Made by a program: the position numbers and the translations under genes
Notes under the pieces: generated by a model
What the model was told of the DNA's origin: nothing
The model's input: the letters and a program-made list of their open reading frames with translations, nothing else
Databases searched by the model: none
Assembly (NCBI GenBank): GCA_045403135.1
Contig: JAXIPC010000105.1
Coordinates: 1-54,694, forward strand
DNA length: 54,694 bases
DNA from: Gemmatimonadales bacterium
GTDB taxonomy: Bacteria; Gemmatimonadota; Gemmatimonadetes; Gemmatimonadales; GWC2-71-9
Direction: 5' to 3'
Shown here: positions 1 to 10,687 of the stretch, piece after piece
Layout of the letters: each line of letters begins with the position of its first letter
How positions within the stretch are numbered: position 1 is the stretch's first letter

Positions 1-1213
1 GGCGAACCGGCTCCCATTCGATCCGGCCGGAGGCGGGGCGGAGCTCCCGCTGCAGCCGCTCCAGGGACGCGCGGAGATTGTGGGGAACCCGGGCGACCTC
101 CATTTGGCCGCTCCACACCTGCTCGGCAAGCCCTTCTGTGGGAAACGTGACATCGAGCTGTCGGCGCGGCAGGGACGCGTCTCCGGGGCGATAGAGGAGG
201 AGGCAACGTGCCAAGCCGCCATCCCGTCCGGCTCGGCCGGCCTCCTGATAGTAGGCTTCGGGCGTGGGCGGCAGTGTCCAATGCACGACGAGCCGCACAT
301 TGGGTTTGTCGATACCCATGCCGAAGGCGCAGGTGGCGACGACCACGCCGAGCTGATCGGTCAGGAACCGGGTCAGGGTTTCCCGACGGGCGCTCGCGGA
401 GAGGCCGGCGTGATATGGGGCAGCGCGGAAGCCGGCATTGCCCAGGACCCGGGCGAGCTCCTCGACGAGATTTCGGGTGGGCGCGTAGACGATGGCGAGC
501 GCGTCCTGCAATGTGAGGGCGGCGAGCAGCGCCCGGAGCCGCTCGCGCTCGTCCCGGACCGACGCCACGCCGAACCAGAGATTCCGCCGGTCGAAGGAGC
601 CGAGGACCACGCTCAGCCCGTTTCCGCGGCCCAGACCGAGGGCCAGGGACACATCGCGGCGCACGGCAGGTGTGGCGCTGCCGGTCAGCGCGATGACCTG
701 GGGCCAGCCCAGCCGCGCGCGCAGCCTGCGCAAAGTCCGGTACGCCGGCCGGAAATCGGAGCCCCACTCGCTGATGCAGTGCGCCTCGTCCACCGCCAGA
801 AGGCCGGGGCGGATGCCCCGTTCCGCGAGATCCGCGGCCAGCCGCCCCAGCCGTTCGGGCGAGGTATACAGGAGCCGTACCTTCCTCTCGATGAACTGCT
901 CCAGCCGCTCCCGCTGGGCGGCCGACGAAAGAGTGCTGTTGAGCGCCGCGGCGGGAATGCCGCGCGCCACCGCGGCTTCGACCTGATCCTGCATCAGAGA
1001 AATCAACGGCGAGATGACGATGGTCGGCTCCGGCCGGAGCATGGCGGGGACCTGGAAGCAGATCGACTTGCCCGCGCCGGTAGGCAGCACCGCGAGGACA
1101 TCGTGTCCTTGGGTGAGTGCCCCAACCACGCGGGTTTGAAGCGGCCGGAAGTCTTCGTATCCGAAGTGGTGCCGCAGACGCGCGCGCGCGGACGCGAGCG
1201 GGGTTTCGTGCAT
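1..1213 (-). CDS. recQ: ATP-dependent DNA helicase RecQ family (3' end runs off the window)
   Basis: Manual minus-strand translation from ATG at 1213 (not in ORF track): HFGYEDFRPLQ, Walker A LPTGAGKSICFQ, SPLISLMQDQV, VDEAHCISEWGSDFRP, AFGMGIDKPNVR, YYQEAGRAGRDG. Confidence 0.93.
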   Translation of the reverse strand, partial: MHETPLASARARLRHHFGYEDFRPLQTRVVGALTQGHDVLAVLPTGAGKSICFQVPAMLRPEPTIVISPLISLMQDQVEAAVARGIPAAALNSTLSSAAQRERLEQFIERKVRLLYTSPERLGRLAADLAERGIRPGLLAVDEAHCISEWGSDFRPAYRTLRRLRARLGWPQVIALTGSATPAVRRDVSLALGLGRGNGLSVVLGSFDRRNLWFGVASVRDERERLRALLAALTLQDALAIVYAPTRNLVEELARVLGNAGFRAAPYHAGLSASARRETLTRFLTDQLGVVVATCAFGMGIDKPNVRLVVHWTLPPTPEAYYQEAGRAGRDGGLARCLLLYRPGDASLPRRQLDVTFPTEGLAEQVWSGQMEVARVPHNLRASLERLQRELRPASGRIEWEPVR

Positions 1214-1293
1214 TGGACAGGATACGGTGCTCCACTGCGGACGGCATAACCCGGACAGCGCGGACAGTGGCTTCGCCGCTCAAGCCCTCGCGG

Positions 1294-4120
1294 TCACCGA
1301 GCCGAGCCGACCGCCAGCTGCCAATGCCAGGAGACTCCCGCGCTTTCCGCGATGAGGATCGCGAGCGGCGAGAATCCCGGCGGGAGCGTCCAGGGCAATT
1401 CTCCGAGCCGGCCGCGCAGTATGGTCGATCCCCGCGCCGGTAGATTGAACTCGTCTCCACCTGCGGTGCTGATGGCGGTCGGGCGGTCGGCCTCGAGCCT
1501 CACCGTGACCCGTCCTGCCCACCGCTCGCGACTCCCAGGCTCCGCGAATCCCGGTGCGAGTACGATGGCGGCCTCCTGTTCCGGGGTCCCGGGCGGCAAC
1601 TCCGCGATCAGCCGCGTGCGGGCGTAGTTGGCCGGGTTCTTCCCCAGAATCCTCCCCTCGGCATCGAGCACCGCAAACCCGAAGTCGGTCAGGCGAGGCC
1701 ACTGGGTCTGGTCGAGCTCGAGATCCAGCACGAGGCGACGGGTCCATTTCGGAAGCCGAAAGACGGCCTTCACCTCGTCCCCCCCGGATCCCGCGACGGC
1801 GAAGCTGCCCTCGGCCCCCACGATTCCCAGGTCGAGCCGGCCGGCAAGGGCGGAGTCCACCTGGGAGGTGACCGCGAAAGCCAGAGAATCGTCCCGCGTC
1901 GGAAGGAGTCGCACCGCGATCGGTGCGTGATCCACCCGAATCGAGGCGGTGATCGCACGCTCGTTGGTGGCCACCGCGACCGCCTCGTAGAAGCCGGCGA
2001 AGGCATCCCTGCCCTCCACTTGGTACACCGCCGCCGCGGTATCGGCGCTTCCCGGGATGCCGTTCTCACCGAGATTCGGCGCTCCACCAGGCTGGTGCAG
2101 CGCCGCCGTCAGATGTTCCGCGGCTGCCGCGGTGCCAATGCGCACCCGAAAGGGGCGGCCGGAGTCGGCGAAGAAGAAGAGGCGGCGGAGCCCTCCGGCA
2201 GGCACCGCGGCGGTTGTGAGCACATTGGCGGCGCGGGTCGTGGCCGGAATCGCCACGGTGCTGACCATGCTGAAGAGTGGCCCGCGGACTCCGGGGGCTG
2301 TGGCGCGCACCGCGGCGGAGTAGGCGCCCGGCACACGGGATGGATGCTGGACCAGGGTGATGGTGTCCGAGAGGCCGCCCAGCGTGAGAGTTCGCGGCGC
2401 GGTGAGCCAGGGCGCGGTGCTGGCAAAGTTGAGCGCCATGGGACCCGAGCCGCGCCGGCGCGTTACGCGGAAGCGCGCCAGCGTGTCATCGGCGCTCGGG
2501 GCGATTCGAAACGCGGCGGTTGCGCCAGCCTGGCCGAGCCACTCCACGTCGAATTCCGCGGTCGGAGCGGGGCCCCGGAGAATCTGCCACGCCCCGTCGA
2601 CGTTGGGAACGCCGTAACCTACGTCCACCGGGGACTCGCCGGCGGGAGGCAGCGCGCTCCCCTCCAACGCGCGGCGGATGTCGGCGGCGGTCACCGCGCG
2701 CCCCTGCTCGAGGGCGCCGGAGAGCAGAATCGCGGCGAGACCCGCCACGTGAGGGGACGCCATGCTGGTGCCGCCCTTGAACTCCTCGCCCATGTCCCAG
2801 CGCGGCACGGTCGAGTACGCGATGCCGGGAACCACGACCTCCGGCTTGTTGACCTCACCGCCGCGGGAGCTGAAGTAGAGCAGCGCGTCGGAGGCGGGCC
2901 GTCCACCGGTCGCGGCCGAAGCCGAAAGTACCCAGGGTTCGGTCCCCCCGACGGTGATCGCGCGGCGGGCCGACCCGGGAAATCCCACGGTGGAAAGGCC
3001 GGGTCCATCATTGCCGGCCGACGTGACGAAGACCACGTCGGGGTGCGCCGCAAGCACCGAGTCCAGCATCTGGTCGAGCCGGGCCGCTCCTTCCCGCTCG
3101 TTGCCTACACCGAAGCTCATGTTGACGACCAGCGGCGTGCCGCGACTCTTCGCAAACCGGATGGCGTAATCGAGCGCGGTCAGGACACTGCCGGTGGTAG
3201 TGATTCCGCCGAAATCGTTGCGCCCGATCTTGAGACCCAGGAGCTGGGCACCGGGTGCGGTGCCGTTGAATCCCGCTTCTCCGCCGATCCCCTGTGCCGC
3301 GGCGATGCCCGCCACGTGGGTGCCGTGGCTGCTGGTGTCGAAGACGAGGTCGAGCCGGGGCCCGGCCCCGGTTTCGGTGATGTTGACCGCGAGGGTCAGC
3401 GGGGACGGCACCCCGCTCCGGTGCCAGCCGAAGGTCTCCCGGGCGACGAGGTAGTCGTGCACCGCGCGCTCGCCGGCGAGCGACCCGTCTCCATCGGTGT
3501 CGGCGAGCAGCATCCATCCATCGCTGGCGCGCGCGACCACCACAACCAGCGAGTCTCCGTCCCAGCCGTTGTCGTTGACGTCGGAGGCCGGCGCCTCGCC
3601 CAGGGGCCGCTCCAGGAGAACACCGGTATACCAGGGTCCCGTCGCGGCGAAGCCCCGCACTCGCCCGAACCCCCGTACAACTGTGCCGTCCACGACGATC
3701 GAGTCTCCGGCCGGCGTGACGGGGCGCAGCGGCACCCGGCCTTCGCCCGAGAAATCCCGCAGGTCCACCAGCTTCGGTCGCCCCGTCGTGGTGGTGTCGA
3801 AGCCCGGGATACCGGCGTCAATCCCGCTGTCGAGGATGCCGATCAGCACGCCCCGTCCATCCCAGGCGGGATGCGATGCAAGAAAACCGGGAACTCCGGT
3901 TGCTGCGAGCGGCAGCCAGCCGCGCATCCGTGCCATGGCGGGAGGTGCCGCCGGTTGGCGCAGAATGGGAAGGGGATTGAGCGTGGGACCCGTCGTATCG
4001 GGCTCGGTCACGATGGGCGGGCGCGCTGGGAGCGGTGTCGGACCGGGCTCGGGAGCGGCTGCCCCACGGGCGCAGGCCACCAGGAGGACAACGCCTCCGA
4101 GGGGAACGCGCCGACGGCGC

Positions 4121-4140
<20 letters not shown>
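1294..4140 (-). CDS. S8 subtilisin-family serine peptidase, tripeptidyl-peptidase II-like, probable lipoprotein
   Basis: Catalytic motifs ILDSGID, SHGTHVAGIAA, SAGNDGP, GTSMASPHVAG. Start placed at ATG 4140 (MPCRRAERRRRVPLGGVVLLVAC, lipobox-like); the longer ORF start overlaps the upstream gene. Confidence 0.88.
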
Positions 4141-5756
<1,616 letters not shown>

Positions 5757-5767
<11 letters not shown>

Positions 5768-6179
5768 GATGTTCGGCCGCCCAGGTGCTGATGTAGTCGA
5801 TCAGGTCCGTGGTGGGCGTGCCGGGTCCGAAAAGCTTTCCGACGCCGCGCAGGGCCAACGCTTCGATGTCCTCCCTCGGGATGATGCCACCGCCAGTGAG
5901 GAGCACGTCGCTCCGGCCCTGCTCGTCGAGGAGCGCGCGCACCCGCGGGAAGAGCGTCATGTGCGCTCCGGACAGGATCGAGAGACCCACGACGTCCACG
6001 TCTTCCTGCACGGCGGCCGTGGCGATCATCTCGGGAGTCTGGTGCAGCCCGGTATAAATGACCTCCATTCCCGCGTCGCGCAGCGCGGCGGCCACGACCT
6101 TCGCGCCCCGGTCGTGACCGTCGAGTCCCGGCTTGGCGACGAGGACGCGGATGGGGCGGGATTGGGTGCGATTCTTCAT
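5757..6179 (-). CDS. Cobalamin-binding small subunit of acyl-CoA mutase (IcmB/MCM C-terminal type)
   Basis: [14 protein letters not shown] (DxHxxG), [15 protein letters not shown]. Confidence 0.93.
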
Positions 6180-6186
6180 GCTCCCT

Positions 6187-6259
6187 TTCAGGATTCAGGT
6201 TTCAGGAGTCAGGGATCAGGGGACGGCCGTTCCCTGACCTCTGACACTTGACTCCTGGC
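6187..6259. repeat. Heptamer tandem repeats arranged as an inverted pair (hairpin)
   Basis: 5x NTCAGGN (6187-6221), central palindrome ACGGCCGT, then 4x CCCTGAC-like units (6232-6259). Confidence 0.8.
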
Positions 6260-6264
6260 CCCTC

Positions 6265-7413
6265 CTATCGGAATCGTAAGAGTGCGGCCAGCCCGTTAAT
6301 CGTATCCGCCGCGTCCGGCTCGAACACCACGTCGAGGTCCACGCGCTGCCGCAGGGCTTCCTCGATCGCGTCGTCGATCACGTCCGGTGCGGGCACGGCG
6401 TTGCCCAGCCCGCGGCAGTCCTTGGCGGTGAGAGTCAGCCGGCCGGTGGCGGCACAGTGAAAGCCCGGGACGCTGGCGTCGGCGCGCACCAGGAGCGTTC
6501 GCACCTGTCCTTTGGAGAGCGCGTCCAGGGTCGGCCCGATGCCGTTGACCGACCAACCGGACCCCTGCCCCAACAGCATCTCCGCCACCAGGTGCCGTTC
6601 CAGCTTCCGCTCGAAGATCTCCCGGACATCCAGCACGGCCGCATGGACCTGGCCACGCGAAGCGCCCTTGCGTCCCAGGCGGGTGGTCCCCATCACCTTT
6701 CCGGCCACGTAGGGATGCAGGAACATCCGGAGTGCGTCGGCTTCGTTGCCCGCCGACGTCAGCACGATGCCGCGGACCGGCTCCCTCCGGTCGATCTCGA
6801 ACAGCTTCGCGGCCACCGCGTCCAGCATCTGCTCCCGCTCGTGACGCAACCGGTTGTGGAAGTGATGCTCCCCTCCCCTGCCCGCCTGGTACTTCCCCGG
6901 CCTCCTCGGTTGCGCCTCCACCTCGGCCAGCTTCCGGGTGTCGAAGGCGGTGACTTCGAAAATCGTCGCCCCGCTCTTGTCGAGCACGGCCGCAAGCAGG
7001 CGGCCGACCTCGTCCTCGAGGGCCGCCAGCTCACGGACCAGCGCGCTCCGATCGACCAGCAGCCGCGACCGGTAAACGCGGGGGAGCGGAATGATCTCAA
7101 ACAGCCCGAGGGGCTTGCAGACAAACGCCGCGATCCCGCGCGAAGCCGGGAGCGCGTCGGGATCCTGAAGGGTCGCCTGCAGCTTGTGGAGGTCGGCGAC
7201 GACCCGCTCCGTTTCCGCCCGATCCAGTCCTTCGGCCGGCAGCGCCTCGACGACCTCGCGGATCCGATTCTTCAGCTTGATGAGATACTTGCCGCGGCTG
7301 CGATCCCGGGGCTCGAGCTTCAGGTAACAGGACACGATCCAGTGCTTCCCCGACGGCAACCGGAGCAGGCGCTGCAGCTGACTGCGGATATCGGTCAAGG
7401 CCTGCGAGGCCAT
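6265..7413 (-). CDS. Bacterial archaeo-eukaryotic release factor-like (baeRF/aeRF1 superfamily) protein
   Basis: N-terminal VSCYLKL; GIAAF...LP...L; RELAALED..GRLLAAVLDK; C-terminal eRF1 domain-3-like GIGPTLDALSKGQVRTLLV...INGLAALLRFR; no GGQ. Confidence 0.75.
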   Translation of the reverse strand: MASQALTDIRSQLQRLLRLPSGKHWIVSCYLKLEPRDRSRGKYLIKLKNRIREVVEALPAEGLDRAETERVVADLHKLQATLQDPDALPASRGIAAFVCKPLGLFEIIPLPRVYRSRLLVDRSALVRELAALEDEVGRLLAAVLDKSGATIFEVTAFDTRKLAEVEAQPRRPGKYQAGRGGEHHFHNRLRHEREQMLDAVAAKLFEIDRREPVRGIVLTSAGNEADALRMFLHPYVAGKVMGTTRLGRKGASRGQVHAAVLDVREIFERKLERHLVAEMLLGQGSGWSVNGIGPTLDALSKGQVRTLLVRADASVPGFHCAATGRLTLTAKDCRGLGNAVPAPDVIDDAIEEALRQRVDLDVVFEPDAADTINGLAALLRFR

Positions 7414-7425
7414 GCGCTGCCCTCC

Positions 7426-9093
7426 CTAGAAGAACACCGGCTCGCGATACGCGCCGTACACTCGCTCCAGGACCTCGCGGATCTCGTAGAGGGTGCAGTA
7501 GGCCCGGGCGCATCCGAGCATTGCCGGCATCACGTTGTGGTCGGACGCCGCGGCGCTTCGGAGCGCGCCCAGCGCCTGTTCCACCCCGGCCTGATCCCTC
7601 GTGGCTCGCAGCGCCGCCATGCGGGCGCGCTGGGTCCGGTCGGCTTCCTCACCGATCCGCAGGATCTCCGGGGGAGCCGCCTCGTCCTCCACGAAATCGT
7701 TCACACCCACCACCACGCGGCGCCCCTGCTCCAGCTCCCCCTGGAATCGAGCCGCGCTCCGGGCAATCTGGCGCTGGAACCAACCCGACTCGATGGCTGG
7801 GACGACCCCGCCCTGGACGTCGATTTCACGGAAGAGCGCCTCGGCCTCGCGCTCCATCCGGTCGGTCAGTGCCTCGACGTAATAGGAGCCGCCCAAGGGG
7901 TCGGCGACGTTGGGCACGCCGGTTTCGGCCGCGAGAATCTGCTGGGTCCGGAGCGCGATCCGCACCGACTCCTCGGTGGGAAGCGCGAGCGTTTCGTCCA
8001 GGGCGTTGGTGTGCAGCGACTGGGTTCCGCCCAGCACCGCCGCGAGCGCCTGGTACGCCACCCGCACGATGTTGTTCATCGGCTGCTGCGCGGTCAGGGT
8101 GACCCCGGCGGTCTGACAGTGGAACCGCATCTTCCAGCTCGACTCCTCGATCGCCCCGTAGCGCTCCTTCAGGTGGCGCGCCCAGATCCGGCGGGCGGCG
8201 CGCATCTTGGCGATTTCCTCGAAGAAATCGTTGTGCACATCCCAGAAGAAGGAGAGCCGGGGAGCGAAGGTATCGACGGGCAAACCCCGCGCGATGCCGT
8301 GCTCCACATAGGAGAATCCGTTCGCCAGCGTGAAGGCAAGCTCCTGCTCGGCCGTGGCGCCGGCCTCCCGGATGTGATAGCCGGAGATGGAGATGGTGTT
8401 CCAGCGCGGCGTGTGCTCCGCCGCCCATTCGAACATGTCGACGATGATCTTGAGCGCCGGCTCCGGCGGGTAGATCCACGCATGCTGCGCCATGTACTCC
8501 TTCAGGATGTCGTTCTGGACCGTGCCCTGAAGCTGGCGGATATCCACCCCCTGACGCTCGGCCGCGGCCACGTAGAAGCAGAAGAGAATCGCGGCGGGGC
8601 CATTGATGGTCATCGAGGTGGACACCTGGTCGAGCGGGATCCCGGCGAAGAGATCCTCCATGTCCTTGAGGCTCGAGATGGCCACGCCGCACTTCCCGAC
8701 TTCCCCCTCGGAGCGGGGGTGGTCGGAGTCGTACCCCATGAGCGTGGGAAAATCGAAGGCTACCGAGAGCCCGGTCTGCCCCCGCTCCAGCAGGAATTTG
8801 TAGCGCCGGTTGGTGTCCTCGGCCGTGCCGAAGCCGGAGAATTGCCGCATCGTCCACAGCCGCCCCCGGTACATCGTCGGATGAATGCCGCGAGTGAACG
8901 GCCAAACGCCCGGCAGCTCGTCCGCCGAGCCCAGGGTGTTCTCCAGGTCGAGCGGCGTGTAGACGGGATCCACCTCCCCGCCGGAGACGGAGGTGAATTC
9001 CACTCCATCGCGCTGCGGCAGAATCCCGTAGGCGGCGCGCCACGCCGCGAGTTCCTGCCGGAGACGCGCCAGCTCCGCATCGCGCGCGTTCAT
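7426..9093 (-). CDS. B12-dependent acyl-CoA mutase large subunit, isobutyryl-CoA mutase (IcmA)-type signature
   Basis: [68 protein letters not shown]; no B12 domain. ATG at 9093 overlaps the meaB stop. Confidence 0.9.
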   Translation of the reverse strand: MNARDAELARLRQELAAWRAAYGILPQRDGVEFTSVSGGEVDPVYTPLDLENTLGSADELPGVWPFTRGIHPTMYRGRLWTMRQFSGFGTAEDTNRRYKFLLERGQTGLSVAFDFPTLMGYDSDHPRSEGEVGKCGVAISSLKDMEDLFAGIPLDQVSTSMTINGPAAILFCFYVAAAERQGVDIRQLQGTVQNDILKEYMAQHAWIYPPEPALKIIVDMFEWAAEHTPRWNTISISGYHIREAGATAEQELAFTLANGFSYVEHGIARGLPVDTFAPRLSFFWDVHNDFFEEIAKMRAARRIWARHLKERYGAIEESSWKMRFHCQTAGVTLTAQQPMNNIVRVAYQALAAVLGGTQSLHTNALDETLALPTEESVRIALRTQQILAAETGVPNVADPLGGSYYVEALTDRMEREAEALFREIDVQGGVVPAIESGWFQRQIARSAARFQGELEQGRRVVVGVNDFVEDEAAPPEILRIGEEADRTQRARMAALRATRDQAGVEQALGALRSAAASDHNVMPAMLGCARAYCTLYEIREVLERVYGAYREPVFF

Positions 9094-10127
9094 ACCCGTG
9101 CTCCCTCCTTGAAGCCCGAGACGATCTCGCTCGCCAGTTCGTAGGGACTCAGTCGGCCGGCGGTCACAGCATCGAGGCGCTCCCTGATCATTTCGTCGGC
9201 CCGAGTCTCTTGCCAGACCCATTGACGCATCGCGCGATCGACGACTTCACGGGTGCGGGTGGAGAGCCGCCGGCGCCGGCGGCGCTCGAGCTCTCCGGTC
9301 GTCACCATCCAGTCGTGGTGACCACCCAGCGCCTCCATCACCTTTTCGACTCCGTCGCCTTTGGTGGCGACGGTCAGCAGCGCCGGCGCCTCCCAATACG
9401 CCCCCGCGCCGGGTATCAGCGACGTCGGGGCCGGAACCGTGAGCGAGCGCCCATGGTGCGCTCGCATCCCCCGGAACGCGTTGCCCTGCCGGAAGCCCAG
9501 GGTCACCTCGATTTCCCGGGCCAGCTTGTCGGCGCCGGGCCGGTCGGCCTTGTTGACGACATAGATGTCGGCGACTTCCATCACGCCCGACTTGAGGGTC
9601 TGAATTCCATCGCCCGATTCGGGCACCAGCACCAGAACGGTGGTGTCGGCCATGCCCGCCACCGCGAGCTCCGACTGCCCTACACCGACGGTCTCCACCA
9701 GGATCCGGTCGAAGCCACCCGCATCCAGCACATCGGTCACCTCGCGGGTGCTGGTGGCCAGCCCGCCCAGGGAGCCGCGAGTCGCCATCGACCGAATGTA
9801 GACGCCGGGATCGAGGGCAACTCCCTCCATCCGGATGCGGTCTCCCAGGAGGGCACCGCCCGAGAATGGACTCGTCGGGTCGACCGCCACGACCGCCACC
9901 GTCAGACCGCGGCGGCGCCACGCCTGGACCAGCTGGAGAGTAAGGGTGGACTTGCCGGCGCCCGGCGGACCAGTGATCCCAACGCGGCGGGCGCGGCCGA
10001 GCCGCGGGTGGACCGCGGCCAGCAGCCGCTCGAAGCCGGGGCGGGCATTCTCCACCATCGAGATGGCGCGGGCCAGCGCGGCGGTGCGCCCCGCAGCAAG
10101 CTCGGCCAGCAGATTCTCCAGATCCAT
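9090..10127 (-). CDS. meaB: Mutase-associated GTPase chaperone MeaB/ArgK
   Basis: [44 protein letters not shown]. Confidence 0.95.
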   Translation of the reverse strand: MDLENLLAELAAGRTAALARAISMVENARPGFERLLAAVHPRLGRARRVGITGPPGAGKSTLTLQLVQAWRRRGLTVAVVAVDPTSPFSGGALLGDRIRMEGVALDPGVYIRSMATRGSLGGLATSTREVTDVLDAGGFDRILVETVGVGQSELAVAGMADTTVLVLVPESGDGIQTLKSGVMEVADIYVVNKADRPGADKLAREIEVTLGFRQGNAFRGMRAHHGRSLTVPAPTSLIPGAGAYWEAPALLTVATKGDGVEKVMEALGGHHDWMVTTGELERRRRRRLSTRTREVVDRAMRQWVWQETRADEMIRERLDAVTAGRLSPYELASEIVSGFKEGARV

Positions 10128-10225
10128 CTGTGCAAACTCGCACCGGCCGGGGAGAGAGGCAAGGCGAAGTCGGGACCGTAACCCTTTGATCGCGGGACGC
10201 TTAGCGATTCCATCGGAGTGACCCC

Positions 10226-10280
10226 TTGACCTGTCCTCGGGTTGTGCTAATTATTTAGCATAGTGTTGGTTTCTTAGCAC
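10226..10280 (+). promoter_or_regulatory. Probable blaI promoter with palindromic operator
   Basis: TTGACC at 10226-10231; inverted repeat TGCTAA-TTAT-TTAGCA at 10245-10260; degenerate second copy TGTTGG-TTTC-TTAGCA at 10264-10279. Confidence 0.65.
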
Positions 10281-10297
10281 TTCTTCGTGGAGCCGGC

Positions 10298-10687
10298 ATG
10301 CCCCGACCGCGCGTGGCCGATCTTTCCCGGCGAGAGCGACAGATCATGAGCATCGTCTACCGCCTCGGACTCGCCACGGCGGCGGAGGTCCTGGCCCTGG
10401 TGGACGACCCGCCAAGCTACAGCGCGGTCCGGTCCCACCTCCGGATTCTAGAGGAGAAGGGCCATCTCAGGCACGAACAGGATGGCCCCCGATACGTCTA
10501 TTTCCCTACCCTGCCCCGGGATCGCGCCCGGCTGGGTGCCCTCCGGCAGGTGCTTCATACATTCTTCGACGGTTCCGCATCTCAGGCGGTCGCCGCCCTG
10601 CTCGACTCCTCGGATCGGTCGCTCGGCAGGGATGAGCTGGAACAATTGGCGAAACTCGTCGAACAGGCACGTAAGGAGGGTCGATGA
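10298..10687 (+). CDS. BlaI/MecI/CopY family transcriptional repressor
   Basis: LSRRERQIM, SYSAVRSHLRILEEKGHL, FFDGSASQAVAALL; overlaps the downstream M56 gene. Confidence 0.93.
   Translation: MPRPRVADLSRRERQIMSIVYRLGLATAAEVLALVDDPPSYSAVRSHLRILEEKGHLRHEQDGPRYVYFPTLPRDRARLGALRQVLHTFFDGSASQAVAALLDSSDRSLGRDELEQLAKLVEQARKEGR

Noticed and set aside
80-1249. 389-aa plus-strand ORF
   Set aside because: Antisense shadow of recQ, which has clear motifs on the minus strand
10128-10225. Cobalamin riboswitch upstream of the mutase operon
   Set aside because: Region is short, lacks a recognisable B12 box, and meaB looks leaderless
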